A stretch of 64,000 nt of DNA from Squalus acanthias (GCA_030390025.1 CM059432.1:82586001-82650000); one strand, 5' to 3'. Counted from the stretch's first letter, positions 35,801-48,094 are shown. A program made the numbers and translations. The notes: generated from the letters alone by a model not told the origin.

Positions 35801-36725
35801 CCGGGCCTCCCGCCTCTTGGTCGACCCCTTCGCGTACTCCTGACAGAAGACGCGGACGTGAGCCTTGCCCACGTCCCACCATAGCCTCAAGGAGGGGAAG
35901 CCCCCCCGCTTCCTTCTCCAGTCGGCCCAGAACCGGCGAAACGAATCCTGGAACCGCACATCCTCCAGCAGCAGGTTGTTAAAATGCCAGTACGCGGACC
36001 CCCCCCCGCGCGCGCAGTGGAGCGAGCTCCGCCCACACCAGGTGGTGGTCCGTACACGGCACCGGCCGCATGGAAGCCGCCGGAACACAGGAGACGTACG
36101 CCCGGGAAATGTAAAGGCGGTCGATTCTGGACCTTCCTCCTCCAGACCTCACGCTAGTGAAGGCGCTGCAGTCGGGATGGAGATTTCGCCAGACGTCCAC
36201 CAAGTCGAAGGACCCGACCAGGTCCCTCAACTTCTCCATCACCGCTGGGCTTCGCGGGGGACCCTAACGGTCCCTCGCCTCGAGGGTGCAGTTAAAATCC
36301 CCCCTGAGGATGATGCACTCGCCGGCGTCGATGGTGCCCAGAAGAGCGGACACTTCTCCAAAGAAGCGCACTTGCTGCGCACCGGTCTGGGGGGCGTTCA
36401 CGTCCACTAAATGGAGCGGCACGCCCCCCAGGCGAACAGTGACCTGGAGCAAGCAGCCCGACACATGCTCCTTGACCCTCAAGATCTCCGGCTGAAAATG
36501 TGGGGCCAGCAAGATGGCCACCCCGCAGGAATTGTTGGAGAGGTGACTCATGCTGACCCCTACTTGCCACTCCAGGAGCCACGTGGCCTCGTCTCCCGGA
36601 ACGGTGTGGGTTTCTTGCAGGAAGCACACTGCATACTTCCTGTCCCGAAGGACCGAGAAGTTATTGAATCTACGGCGCGCCTCCCTGCTGCCGTTGATGT
36701 TGAGGCTGGCTATGGTTATCTTCAT
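32825..36725 (-). pseudogene. Tx1 ORF2 (copy B): APE endonuclease, RT, zinc finger; few frameshifts (~36265-36050, ~33810)
   Basis: MKITIASLNINGSR, LQETH, GDFN, RIDR, TDHH; SLDQEKAFD, GVRQGCPMS, AYADD, YLG; CHFCGLEESVFHVYTEC. Confidence 0.95.
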
Positions 36726-36750
36726 GTCAGAAGCGTAGTGCAACCTCTAC

Positions 36751-38870
36751 CTAACGGGGGGAGGGAGCGCAATCACGTGACGACCGCCACTCCCTCAGCA
36801 GCCCAGTGAGGAACGTTCTGAGCCGACGCAGCTCGAGCCGGCTCACGCCCTTGTCCGCGCCCATGATTTTAATGGCGGCGCGGACGGACCCGACGAGCAG
36901 CGCCAGCTCCGACCACCTGTCGAGGGCCAGCCGGATCTTGTTGTGACGACCCCGGCACGTGGCCATAAAATGCCGGAGTTCCTCAACGGGGATGAGGGGA
37001 GAGTCGGTGAGGGGCACGAGGGCATCCACCGCCTCACTGGCGAGGGAGTCCAAATCGTCCCCAGTGCCCTCCACCAATCCCCATCCTCCTCCAGGAGGTC
37101 GTCACCAGCGGCCGACCTGTCCGTCGCACGGGGTGCAGCGAACGGCTCGGCCGCACCGGCCGGCCCCGCCTCTGTCCCGATCCCACCTCCAGGATCGGCG
37201 GCAGAGGAGTCCTCCCTGGGCTCCTTCAGGGGCGCCGGGCCAGGAGGCGGCGGCGGTTTGGGGTCCCTCCGCCTCAGGCGCCGGGGCGACCAGAGAAACC
37301 GGGGAGAAAACAATTCCCAGCTCCTCCAACACGCCCGGCGCCAACGTCAGAGACGGAGTCAGGGGGCCTTCTGTCTCCCCGCCACCAGCCTCCGACCCAG
37401 CGGACTGGGTATTCTTATTATATTCCTCGACCAGGTCGAGCAGTCCCTGGGAGATGTCTGGGTCAGAATGGGCGGGCTCAGCTTCTTTGGCCTCACCCGC
37501 CCCAGTCCCTAGGACGCCCGACCCGGCGAGGAGTAACGGTTCCGGTGCTTGGTCAATGTTCTTATTTTCCGCGGGTTGTTGCGCGGCCCCCCCCACGGGC
37601 AGGGTCTCTTCCCCATCCCCGGGAGGCACAGGCCGGACAGACTCATCTGTCTCACCCTCCCGAGGGACAGGCGACCCCCGCCGATTGCTCGCGATGGTGA
37701 CGGTGGTTGGGGGGGGGGGGGGCGCAGCACCCGCGGTGGGCGACGACTCCCCTTGTGCGGAGGGACCTTCCTCCTCACGGTCCTCCTCCTGGGAGCCGTG
37801 CCTCCTTTTTAAAGTATTGGGGCCCAGAGAGGGGGAGGCCTCCCTCTCCGCTCCCTCCCGTCGACTGGGTTTCTTGGGCCCCTCTCACCCGAGCCCGGCC
37901 GCAGGTCTTGAATTTTCTGCCTCGGCAGTTGCGGTCACGGGCCCGGGCACGAGGCCCTCCCCAGTCTCACACGTCCCCACTAAATCTGCGAGGAGCGCGG
38001 GCGTAAGTTCGGATAGTCGGATTCGCTCCCTGAGGTGTTTATTTTTCCGCAGCGCCTTCCTTCCGCTCGGACGCTCTCCCTCCCCCCTGCCGGAGGCCGT
38101 GATGGTATTGGCCCCCGACGTCGACCGCGCATCTGTTGATCTTGACGCGCGGACAGTATCAGAGGGAGGGGGTGCGGCAGTGCCAGCCCTGGCCGCACTC
38201 GATGTTGTGGCGGCCTTGAGGCGGGGCAGTTTTTCCGAACGTGACCCATCTCCTTACAGGCGTAGCACCGCACGCCGTCCGAGGTCCAGAAGACGCGATG
38301 GGCGGTCCCCCCGTGGAGCACCATGAACGCGCCGTCCGCGTCCTCCTCCCGCGCCAGCCGGAAGAAAAGCTGGCGCCGGAAGGAGAAGACGTGCCGGAGG
38401 CTGGCTTCCTGGAAGCCGAGCGGGATGGGCGTGATCCCCGACCTCACCTCCCCCAGTTGACGTAGGTGGGGGAGGAGGAGCTCACCAGGAACAAAGGGCG
38501 GGACGTTTGAAATAACTATCCTTTGCGCGGTGGCCTCAAGGGGGTTCACCGGCAGGAAGGTCCCACCCACGGTGAGCCCCTTTTCGATGGCCAGGGACAT
38601 CGCCCGCTCCGACCCCAGGAAGAACACAGCCTTGCCGTACATTTTAGAGGCGGCGACGATGGCTGAAGGGCCGACAACCCCAGCCATGGCTTTTACGCAC
38701 GCCTCTATTGTCATGTTGGGGTGAGTGTAGCTCTTGACCCTATGCTTCCTCGTAATGAGTCTAAAAGGTGACGGGGCAGCAGGAGGAACTGTGGCTGCGA
38801 CCGTGGCAGCGGCTGCCACGCTCGCATATGTCCTCGCTGTCCCCGCCATCGGCGAAGATGGGGTCGCCAT
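36751..38870 (-). pseudogene. Tx1 ORF1 (copy B); frameshifted
   Basis: MATPSSP..TYASVAA..ISNVPPF..SFRRQ..CYACKEMGHVRKNC. Confidence 0.9.
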
Positions 38871-39852
38871 AAGTAGGTTGGTCTTTAAAGGGCTACACTC
38901 ACCCCAAGTCACAGGCCCGAAGATGGTGATGGCCTTGGTAGTTTTTTTCCCCCTTGAGCAGAGGGAGCTGTTTAAATTGAAGGCACACCTCTCCCTTTAT
39001 TTGAATTAATTAGGAGAGGGGCCTTCTCCCCTCTGCTCAATGGGTACTTAATAAAATAGATTGAGGTGCCTCTTAGAGAGAGAGGCAGAGAGAGACAAGA
39101 GACAAAGAGAGAGAGAGAGAGGGGGTGGGAAGGAGGGAAGCCGCAAGGGCAGGGTCGCCGCTCAGGATGGTGGGTGGGTGGGTGTTGGCAGGGGTGCACT
39201 CTCCGATGTAAAATAAAGTCTTTGTTGGTGGTCTTCTGGTGGGGGGAGAAGATGTCTTCACCTGGGAAGCTGGAGATGCCCAGGCTCAGTCCTGCACCAG
39301 GTCTTAACGATGCCCAATAAGATGTAATTAAATTGGGGACTTCACCTAGGCAGCTCCAGCTGTCCCAGGTCAGGCAATGGGAAGGGGTGTTTATTAGTGG
39401 TGTGTGTGGCCTAGTTTTTTACAAGAATCACACTCACACACACACACACCCCTTGATGTTCCGGCCTTCTTCTTTTCCTCTTTCCTCCCCCCACCTACAA
39501 TACAAAGTCTCTGGGAGAGTGCACCAGAAATAACACCCACCTGTAGATGTTGAAGTTGTTTCTTCCTTCCTCCTTCCACACAGATGATGTTGGTTATTGT
39601 GATGTTTTTCTCCCCTCTCTCCCTCTCCTAAAATGGAGGCCAATTTGGGAGGCAGTGTTGGAAAGGCCTCCCTTCTGATGATCTTGTTCTTGGCCTTCCT
39701 TTTCTTTCTCCTCTCCTGTCCTCTCTCTCCTGGCACCTCAGTTGTAGTTGTTGTTTGTAGTGGTGGTCTGCAGTCTGGTTCCTCCTCTTCCTGGTCACAG
39801 AGACCACCACTCGCCTTCCTCTCCCTTTCCACTCTCCTGGATGAGGCAGCTG

Positions 39853-39982
39853 CACAGCCAGCATTGCTGAGAATGAGGTCCTGCAGCATCAATGAACCTC
39901 CCCTTTAAGAACTGGAAAGAGCCTGTGGCAATGATGACTTGCGATTAGACTGCACCTGATATTGGTTAGCGCTTTGAGTGTA
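39853..39982 (-). repeat. Copy 3 of the Harbinger block (130 bp), continuous with the Harbinger right end
   Basis: 126/130 identical to 25258-25387; continues into GCACCACT... rather than into a Tx1 3' end. Confidence 0.95.
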
Positions 39983-40559
39983 GCACCACTGAGCTAGGCC
40001 ATTAGCGCTTGATTTAGCACTCCAATCCTTTCTTTGAGTGATGATACTTAATTTTGCGTGCAGTGAGATTCATTAGCGTCTGGCGCTAAATCTCAAACTT
40101 TTCTGAAGTTACCGCCCATTCCTAGGCTATAATGAATTTCTACCCCTTACTGTTTTGTACAGTCACTAACAAGGAGATTCTCAGATAATGAGCTGCTCCA
40201 GTCATATGAGCTCACTTTCAAGCATGTACAGTAATTGGAAAGCCTTTTCATAAGACACCAACAGCACAGTCTCTTAGCTAATCAGTAAAAGATATGTTGA
40301 ACCTGTTTAGCCTGACTTGTATAAATGAGAGGATTTGCCATTCCCAGATCTCTCGTTACAGTGCAGGAGACCTCCTCGACCAGTTCTTTAAGGGTTCCAA
40401 ACTCATTATAATGTGCACACTGCTATTTTGATAATACCTGCATTTGGGATTCAAACTGATGCTCATTATGTATACTACAAAACAAGTGTTTTTTCCCTTA
40501 TTATTTATGGTAATTATTTAACATGTGTGGATTTTAGTCCTTGTGGACTGAGTCAGTTG

Positions 40560-41450
40560 GGACAGTGTTCAGTTCCATTCGCAGCTCCTCGGATAATGAA
40601 GCAGTCCATGCCCGCATACAGCAAGATCTGGACGACATTCAGGCTTGGGCTGATAAGTGGCAAGTAACATTTGCACCACACAAGTGCCAGGCAATGACTA
40701 TCTCCAACAAGTGAGAGTCTAACCACCGTCCCTTGACATTCAACAGCATTACCATCGCCGAATGCCCCACCATCAACATCCCGGGGGTCACCATTGACCA
40801 GAAACTTAACTGGACCAGCCACATAAATACTGTGGCTACAAGAGCAGGTCAGAGGCTAGGTATTCTGTGGCGAGTGTCTCACCTCCTGACTCCCCAAAGC
40901 CTTTTCACCATCTACAAGGCACAAATCAGGAGTGTGATGGAATACTCTCCACTTGCCTGGATGAGTGCAGCTCCAACAACACTCAAGAAGCTCGACACCA
41001 TCTAGGACAAAGCAGCCCGCTTGATTGGCACCCCATCGACTACCTTAAACATTCACTCCCTCCACCACTGGCAAACCATGGCTGCAGTGTGCACCATCTA
41101 CAAAATGCACTGCTGCAACTCGCCAAGGCTTGTTTGACAGCACCTCCCAAACCCGCAACATCTACCACCTAGAAGGACAAGGGCAGCAGGCGCATGGGAA
41201 CACCACCACCTCCAAGTTCCCCTCCAAGTCACACACCATTCTGACTTGGAAATATATTGCCGTTCCTTCCTCGTCGCTGGGTCAAAATCCTGGAACTCCC
41301 TCCCTAACAGCACTGTGGGAGAACCTTCACCACACGGACTGCAGCAGTTCAAGAAGGCAGCTCACCACCAACTTCTCAAGGGCAATTAGGGACGGGTAAT
41401 AAATGCTAGCCTTGCCAGCGATGCCCACATCCCGGAACAAATTTTTTAAA
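40560..41450 (+). mobile_element. CR1/L2-group LINE 3' fragment (family distinct from the main CR1)
   Basis: IQQDLDDIQAWADKWQVTF, GVTIDQKLNWTSHI, IYKAQIRSVMEYS; relatives at 48095-48330, 50695-51408 and ~1165-1210. Confidence 0.8.
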
Positions 41451-43667
41451 AATCGCTGCTAGTGAATATATATAGAGGTCCTTTAATGTTCAACCAACAT
41501 TCCAAACTAAAATGCTAATTTATTATAGTGATCTGTAGAAATGATTGCTTTAGCTTCAAATGAATGATGAACCTTGAGTTAAACAATACAATGTCTCTAG
41601 TGCAGTCATAAACATGCTCAAAAAGAACCTATTTATATTGCTAAAAATAGCACACAGAGGAAATCTCAAAAAAAAGCATTCGCACGGTTTCTACATTTAG
41701 TGACCAGAGTAACTGTTACTCCACAGTTTTGGATTGTATTGTGTGTAAAATAAAAGTTGCCTAACAGCTCTTTCAGTGGCTCATTTGGTAAAGCCAGCTT
41801 GTAAATGAATCCTACAGATGAATATTTATCTGGTACTTCATCCCGTTTACATACGTAAACAGACTTTTCACCGCACATGCGCCCATGGTACGGCGGCAGA
41901 GCAGGAAGAGCTCCGAGGACATTTCAGGCCAAATTCTTACATCTAATATCCATCTGTTACATGTTTGGTGTTACTCTTCAAAGTGACAAAAGTATTTTTT
42001 TTAAAGCCATTCATTTCCTGCTTGTTTTTCTGACCCTGATGACCAGGCATCACCCCAAGGACAGGAGCTGGGCATTTACAAGCAGCAGCTAACCTACAAA
42101 ATATTCTCTCAGCAATTAACCACAGTATGATGTGTCTATTTAGACGACTTCCCCATGGTAAGCACCCTTAAAGGAACAGGCCAGATTAAACACAGTTCTA
42201 CCTAATCATCATAACCTGCTCCAGCCCACAAACTATGTGGGAGAAATGCCACAAGAGACCAGCTAATATACAAAAAAGAGTTGTTGAGCATTTATCGTTG
42301 TATTACAGAAAGTGCTTCCAAGCACTGAGCAGCAGCAGCAAATGAAGGCTATAAAAGGATGATGTGAACGTGAATATTTATGTCAGTTTATTGATTTGTT
42401 TCTTTTTTATGTACCTTGTAGTTACAATTGAATGTCACTATACAGCAATAATGTCTAGAGTCTTTTCATAACTGTGAATAGTTTTACATTTTACGATGGG
42501 TTATTCCCGATGCTGCATATTGATTGATACGTAATGATTTGTACTTGCAGCTAAATAGCTTGGAAAAAAATGCTTGTGTAATCTTTATAAAATAAGAGCA
42601 GTTTGTCTTGCACTTTTATCCTATTATCTTATGTTTATCCTTAGTATCTTAGAAATAAATATTATGATAACCACCTTTAATTTTTGAGAGCTCCTACACA
42701 GGCTTGCTGGATAATGGAAAAAATTCAAAAGGCTTGCCAACTGATTTATTTTCCTTCAATTTTTTGCCAATCCCCCATCCCAACAATTTAATGATCCAAT
42801 GTAGAGAGCAATTTCCAGGATCTCTAATCTCCCAACTGCCCAATCTTTGGCCTTCCATTCACCATGATACTTCTGCAGCCTTCGATTTGTTCAACTACCA
42901 CCATATTCGATGCCCTTGTCCCCAAAAAAACCTTTACTCTCTCCCATCCTGGTCAGTCCCCCGGTATGGTTGCATTTTCACTCCCTGAAGTCCAAAGGGC
43001 GCAGAGTTGAGTGCTTCTGGCACATCCATCTGACCGGAGAAAATCAAGTACTATCAAGCATCACTCTCCTCTGCCAAAACCAGCCACTATGCCAGGATCA
43101 TCCTGGGGAGAAAAGATAACCCCCAGCTTCTTTTCTGCACTACCAACTATCTCCGTAAACCGTTCTCCCCAGCCTCCTCCACCCTCACCTCCCAACAACA
43201 AGTGTGAGGAGCTCAGGGACTTCTTTGTCACTAAGACTGAGACCATCTGTTCAGCTGCCTCTGCTGCTGTCCCTTTTCCCTGCCCACCAAGTCAGCCCCT
43301 CCCCCTTCCCCTCGCCCTTAATCCATGTCTTTCTCTAGTTTCTCTCCTATCTTCCCCATGTCTACTCTGAGCTCATCTCATTCATGAGACCCACCTCCAG
43401 TTCCTTTAACCCCATTCCCACAAAACTAGTGACCACCTATCTTGCTTTCCTGGCCACACGCTAGCTGATAATATAAATGGTTCCCTCTCCTCAGGCACTG
43501 TCCTCCTCCCTTTCAAAACCACCATCATCACTCCCCTCTTGAAAATACCCACCTCAACTATTTACAATCTATATTAATGACTTGGATGAAGGGACCGAGT
43601 GTACTGTAGCCAAATTTGCTGATGATACAAAGAAAGGTAGGTTAGTAAGTTGTGAGGAGGACACAAA

Positions 43668-44393
43668 GGGCTGGATTTTGATACTGGGGCGGGTTGGGGT
43701 CGTGTCATCCACTTTTCGTGTTATCCACCCGACTGCAATTGGATGTGGGAGATTGATTCAATTTTCACCTAATTGGGCAATTGAGTTCCAGCATGTGGGA
43801 ACTCATGAACCAATTAGTGTTTTCAGTCTGAAAGTCGCCTCTGATGATGTCATCATTGTTGCTGCATTGAAGGTCTTCAGAGACTGCCTGGCCTTTGCTG
43901 TGAGAGGACCTGGATGCAAAATGAGCAGCAGCAGCCCTAAGTCTGCTCCCAGATATTTTTACACGAGAGAGAGAGAGAGAGAGAGAATCCAGCCAGCCCT
44001 AAGTCTGCTCCCAGATATTGCACCACCACTCCCAGATATGTCTCCTCCTCATCCATCCAGATATGCCAGCCAGTGATAGTCAGCTATCCAAATGTGCTCC
44101 CACCAGGTTTCACAATCGTGGTTCAGAACAGGCGTGCTTCACGTAGAACAAGGGTTAAAATCACAAAGGCCTTTCAAAATGGCATTATAGAGGCAATTTA
44201 GTGCTTGTTAAGGGCCTTAACAGCCTATCCCGCCTCTTAGAGGCGGGACGGAGTCGGGACCAGCAGACACGATTTAATGAAAATTGGTTGGAGGCGGGAT
44301 GGAAGCGGACTTGTGCCCGCCCGCCAGTTTTCACAATTTTAACCCCCCACATGCCTCCAAACCCGCCTCCACGGGTCAATGAAAATCCAGCCC
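43668..44393. mobile_element. Harbinger-type MITE
   Basis: Perfect 12-bp TIR GGGCTGGATTTT/AAAATCCAGCCC; AAA TSD; removing it restores CR1 EDTKSLQRD. Confidence 0.92.
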
Positions 44394-44523
44394 AAAGAGT
44401 CTGCAAAGGGATATAGATAGGTTAATTGAGTGGGCAAACATTTGGCAGATGGAGTATAATGTGGGAAATGTGAGATTATCCACTTTGGAAGGAAGAATGA
44501 AAAAGCAAATTATTATTTAAATG

Positions 44524-44726
44524 TGAGAAGTTGCATAACACCAGGTTATAGTCCAACAGCTTTATTTGAAATCACAAGCTTTCGGAGCGCTGCTCCTTCG
44601 CTTCACCTGACGAAGGAGCAGCGCTCCAAAAGCTTGTGATTTCAAATAAAGCTGTTGGACTATAACCTGGTGTTGTGTGACTTCTCACTTTTGTCCACCC
44701 CAGTCCAACACCGGCATCTCCGCATC
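44524..44726 (+). mobile_element. Penelope-like fold-back fragment with a hammerhead core
   Basis: 78-bp inverted arms (44523-44600, 44611-44688); 12-bp TSD ATTATTTAAATG; CTGACGA at 44607. Confidence 0.75.
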
Positions 44727-47700
44727 ATTATTTAAATGGAGTGAGACTACAAAATGCTGTGGTATAAAGGGATCTGGGGGTCCTAGTACAAGAAACACAA
44801 AAAGTTAGCATGCAGGTACAGCAAGTAATTAGGAAGGCTAAAGGAATGTTGGCCTTTATTGCAAAGGGTATGGAGTATAAAAGTAGGGAAGTTTTGATGC
44901 AACTTTACAGGGCGCTGGTGAGACCGCACCTGGAGTACTGCGTACAGTTTTGGTCTCCATATTTAAGGAAGGATATACTTGCATTGGAGGCAGTGCAGAG
45001 AAGGTTCACTAGGTTGATTCCTGGGATGAAGGGGTTGACGTATGATGAAAGGTTGAGTAGGTTGGGCCTATACTCATTGGAGTTTAGAAGCATGAGAGGT
45101 GATCTTATTGAAATGTATAAGATTCTGAGGGGGATTGACAGGGTGGATGCTGAGAGGATGTTTCCTCTAGTGGGGGTATCTAGAACTAGGGGGCATAGTT
45201 TCAGAATAAGGGGTCGCCCATTTAAGACGGAGATGAGGAGGAATTTCTTCTCTCAGAGGGTCGTGAATCTTTGGAATTCTCTACCCCAGAGAGCTGTGGA
45301 GGCGGAGTCATTGAATATATTCAAGGCGGAGATTGACAGACATTTGAACTACAAGGGAGTCAAGGGGTATGTGGAGAGAGCGGAAAAGTGGTGTTGGGGC
45401 CAAGATTGGATCAGCCATGATCTTATTGAATGGCGGAGCAGGCTCGAGGGGCCGATTGGCCTACTCCTGCTCCTGTTTCTTATGTTCTTATGTTCGATCC
45501 CTGTGTCCTGTGAACTATTGCCCCATCTTCAACCTCCCTTTCCTCTCTAAAGTCCATGAATGTGTTGTCACCTCTCAAATCCGTGCCCACTTTTCCTACA
45601 CGTCCATGTTTGAATCTCTCTGAACAGGTTTCTGCCCCTACCACAGCACTGAAATGGCCCTAACCAAAGTAACAAATTACATCCTCTGTGATTGTAAACA
45701 TGGCGCATTATCCTTCCTTGTCCTCCTTAAACTCTCTGCAGCCTTTGACACAGTTGATCACACCATCCTCCTCCTACACTTTCTCTTGTTTCCACTTTGG
45801 CCTATCATATCAAATACAGAGCATCTCCAGAAAAAGCTTCTTTCCACCCATGCACCATTATCTCCAGAGTCCCCCAAGGATCTATACTTGGTCAACTCTT
45901 CTTCCTCATCTACATGTTCCCCTTAATGACATCAACTAGACATGTGCGTTGATGACCTCTATCTCTACCTCTCCTCAACTCTCTCAGCCTATCCACTGCA
46001 TCTGTGTTGTCAGGCTACTTGTCTGGCATTCAGTTTTGGATGAGCCACAATTCCTTCATAATTATGAATCCTTCAGTTAAGTATTGGGAAGACTGAAGAC
46101 ATCATCTCTATAACCCCTATGGCAAACTACATACCCTTGCCACAAATTCCATCCCTTCCCATCCACTATCTCAGGATGAGCCAGATTGTTTGTAACCTCA
46201 ATGTTCTATTCAACCCTGAGCTGAGTTTCCTATCCCATATCCTCTCCACCACAAAGACTGCCTACTTCCACCTCTGCCCCTACCTCAGCCCATTTGCTGC
46301 TGAAACCGTCATCCATGTCTTTGTGAGTTCCAGACATAACTATTTCAATGCTCTCCTGGCCAGCCTTCCATCCCCCACACTTTGTGCACCAGCTCATCCA
46401 AGTTTCTGCTGCCCATATCCTATCCTGAACCAAGTCCCACTCACCCAAACCCCTTATCCTTGCTAACCAGACTGGCTCCCAGCCACCCAATACCTCAAAT
46501 TTAAAATTCTTATCCTCATGCTTAAATCCCTTTAGAGTCTTGCCCTTCTATCTCTGTAACCTCCACCAGTCCTGAAAAATCTCTGTTCCTCTGATCTGGA
46601 CTCTTTTGCACCCCACTACTGGCACTCATGCCTTTAGCCATCTTGGGTCCATGATCTAAATTCCCCCTCTAAACCCTTCCGCCCCACCACCTCCCTCTCG
46701 TTTCAGACCCGCCTTTGATCAAGCTTTTGTTCACCCCTCCTAATATTTCTTCTTTGGCTCAGTGTCCATTTTATTTTATTATGCCTGTGACAAGCACCCC
46801 TCGGACGTTTGTCTACATTAAAGGTGCTATATAAGTGCAAGTGGTTGTTGTTGTTATAAGAGCACCTCTTAGCCAAGGAATGAAAGGTGACTTAAAAACC
46901 ATTTCCAAATGAGGGAAGAAAGTCATTTTAAAATGCATATTTTTACTCCAGTTTTCCCTCTGATTTTCTCCCTGTGCATTAGTAGTGGTTGGTCACAAAT
47001 GCAGTTTATTATGCAATGTATCACCACTAGAGGGCTCTGTTGAATAGTTAATGCTTGACTCATAAAAGGAATTAACGCCCAGAAAGTACTGTTTGTGATA
47101 TCAGTGTACAAATGCTTAACATATTCCTCTGTTCACAATTTTAATGAAGGTATTAACCCATTTATATCACACAAAATAGTTCATATGTTAATATTGCAAA
47201 TAGTAATTTTTAAATTAATGTATTTTTCTAGAACAAGCTAATTAACTGAGACTAATTATAACAATATATGCACAATAATGAATGTCCTGGAATGTCATTG
47301 CAAAAACAGTTTTAAAAAGTATAAAATCCTTTTGCCAGTCACATGACTAATAAAATGCATTACAGAAGTTTGTAATATGCACTCATTCATAAAATTTTAC
47401 AAGGACCTGAGGCACCTTTGCATAACAATGTCAATGGAAATTTACAGTTTCTTCAAATAAAATTAATAATAAATCATTAAAAACAGAGAATTAGAGTAAA
47501 AGAAAGTTAGAGGCAGCAACATGAACCTCTTCAGTTCTCATTCATAGCTTGTGATGTCATGTTATTGCCTTCTAAATTAAACATTATTCTCTATAAGCAA
47601 CTTATTAGAGTGAAGACATTTTATCATTAATACTTAGATCATTAGGCAATTTGATACAACAGAATGAAGTGTGCATTGGTAAAATCTATCCTATACTGTC

Positions 47701-48094
47701 ATTGGTATTTCTTCTTTCTACTTGCCTTCTCTTTACCAGAAGGTACACCAATTCATTGAGTTCAGGATGGATGACGAGCACAGGAGCAAAGGAAGCTTGG
47801 CCAGCTGATACATTTCCCTAAAGTGCAGGACATTATTGACTGCTCTCAGATTGTCATTCACACACTTCCTCATAATCTAGGTCATACATGAATTGGAAAG
47901 TCTTCCACATCCTCAATGTGCAGATCAGTTGCAATCAGTAGCTGCTGAAGGGCCAATCCTCAGATGGCAACTCATCTGCTGGAGGACAGAAGACTGCACA
48001 TCTCAAAGGCTCCCATATTTCTCCATGATGGATATCATGCCACAGGCTACTGTAGTGACCAATGCAGCCATGAATGATGCTGTGCCTCACTAAT

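Larger units (their letters stand above)
32758..39852 (-). mobile_element. Tx1-clade non-LTR retrotransposon, copy B (full length, better preserved)
   Basis: Same layout as copy A; 756-aa open stretch at 33818..36088; 3' end ..CCAATCAAAAAGAG abuts block copy 2 at the same nucleotide as copy A. Confidence 0.93.
15878..40146 (+). mobile_element. Autonomous-type PIF/Harbinger transposon (about 4.1 kb when empty) expanded to 24.3 kb by nested insertions
   Basis: TIRs GGGAGAGAAATTC (15878) / GAATTTCTACCCC (ends 40146), 11/13; TTA TSD (15875-15877, 40147-40149); convergent transposase and Myb/SANT genes; TTAGCG/CGCTAA subterminal repeats at both ends. Confidence 0.85.
43552..45495 (+). mobile_element. 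5'-truncated CR1 carrying two younger insertions
   Basis: PQLFTIYIND..KFADDTK; ORF 44810.. LVRPHLEYCVQFWSP; (TTCTTATG)2 tail. Confidence 0.9.
42820..46855 (+). mobile_element. Decayed L2 LINE interrupted by a CR1 fragment
   Basis: ALTKVTNYIL..LVLLKLSAAFDTVDH at 45654; KxPTL|DP..NY frame split at 43552-45495; (GTT)n tail. Confidence 0.8.

Noticed and set aside
36959..38326. 455-aa plus-strand ORF and other antisense ORFs across both Tx1 copies
   Set aside because: GC-rich shadow ORFs of ORF1/ORF2; low complexity and not kept open in the same way in the other copy.
39434..39892. Short ORFs starting MLQDLILSNAG (also 32299-32667 and 24632-25297)
   Set aside because: They start at non-ATG or incidental codons inside the duplicated block, and the frames diverge between copies.
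25258..39982. 130-bp direct repeats read as LTRs
   Set aside because: No TG..CA ends, PBS/PPT or integrase; the enclosed ORFs are APE-RT non-LTR type, and the block is continuous with Harbinger sequence.
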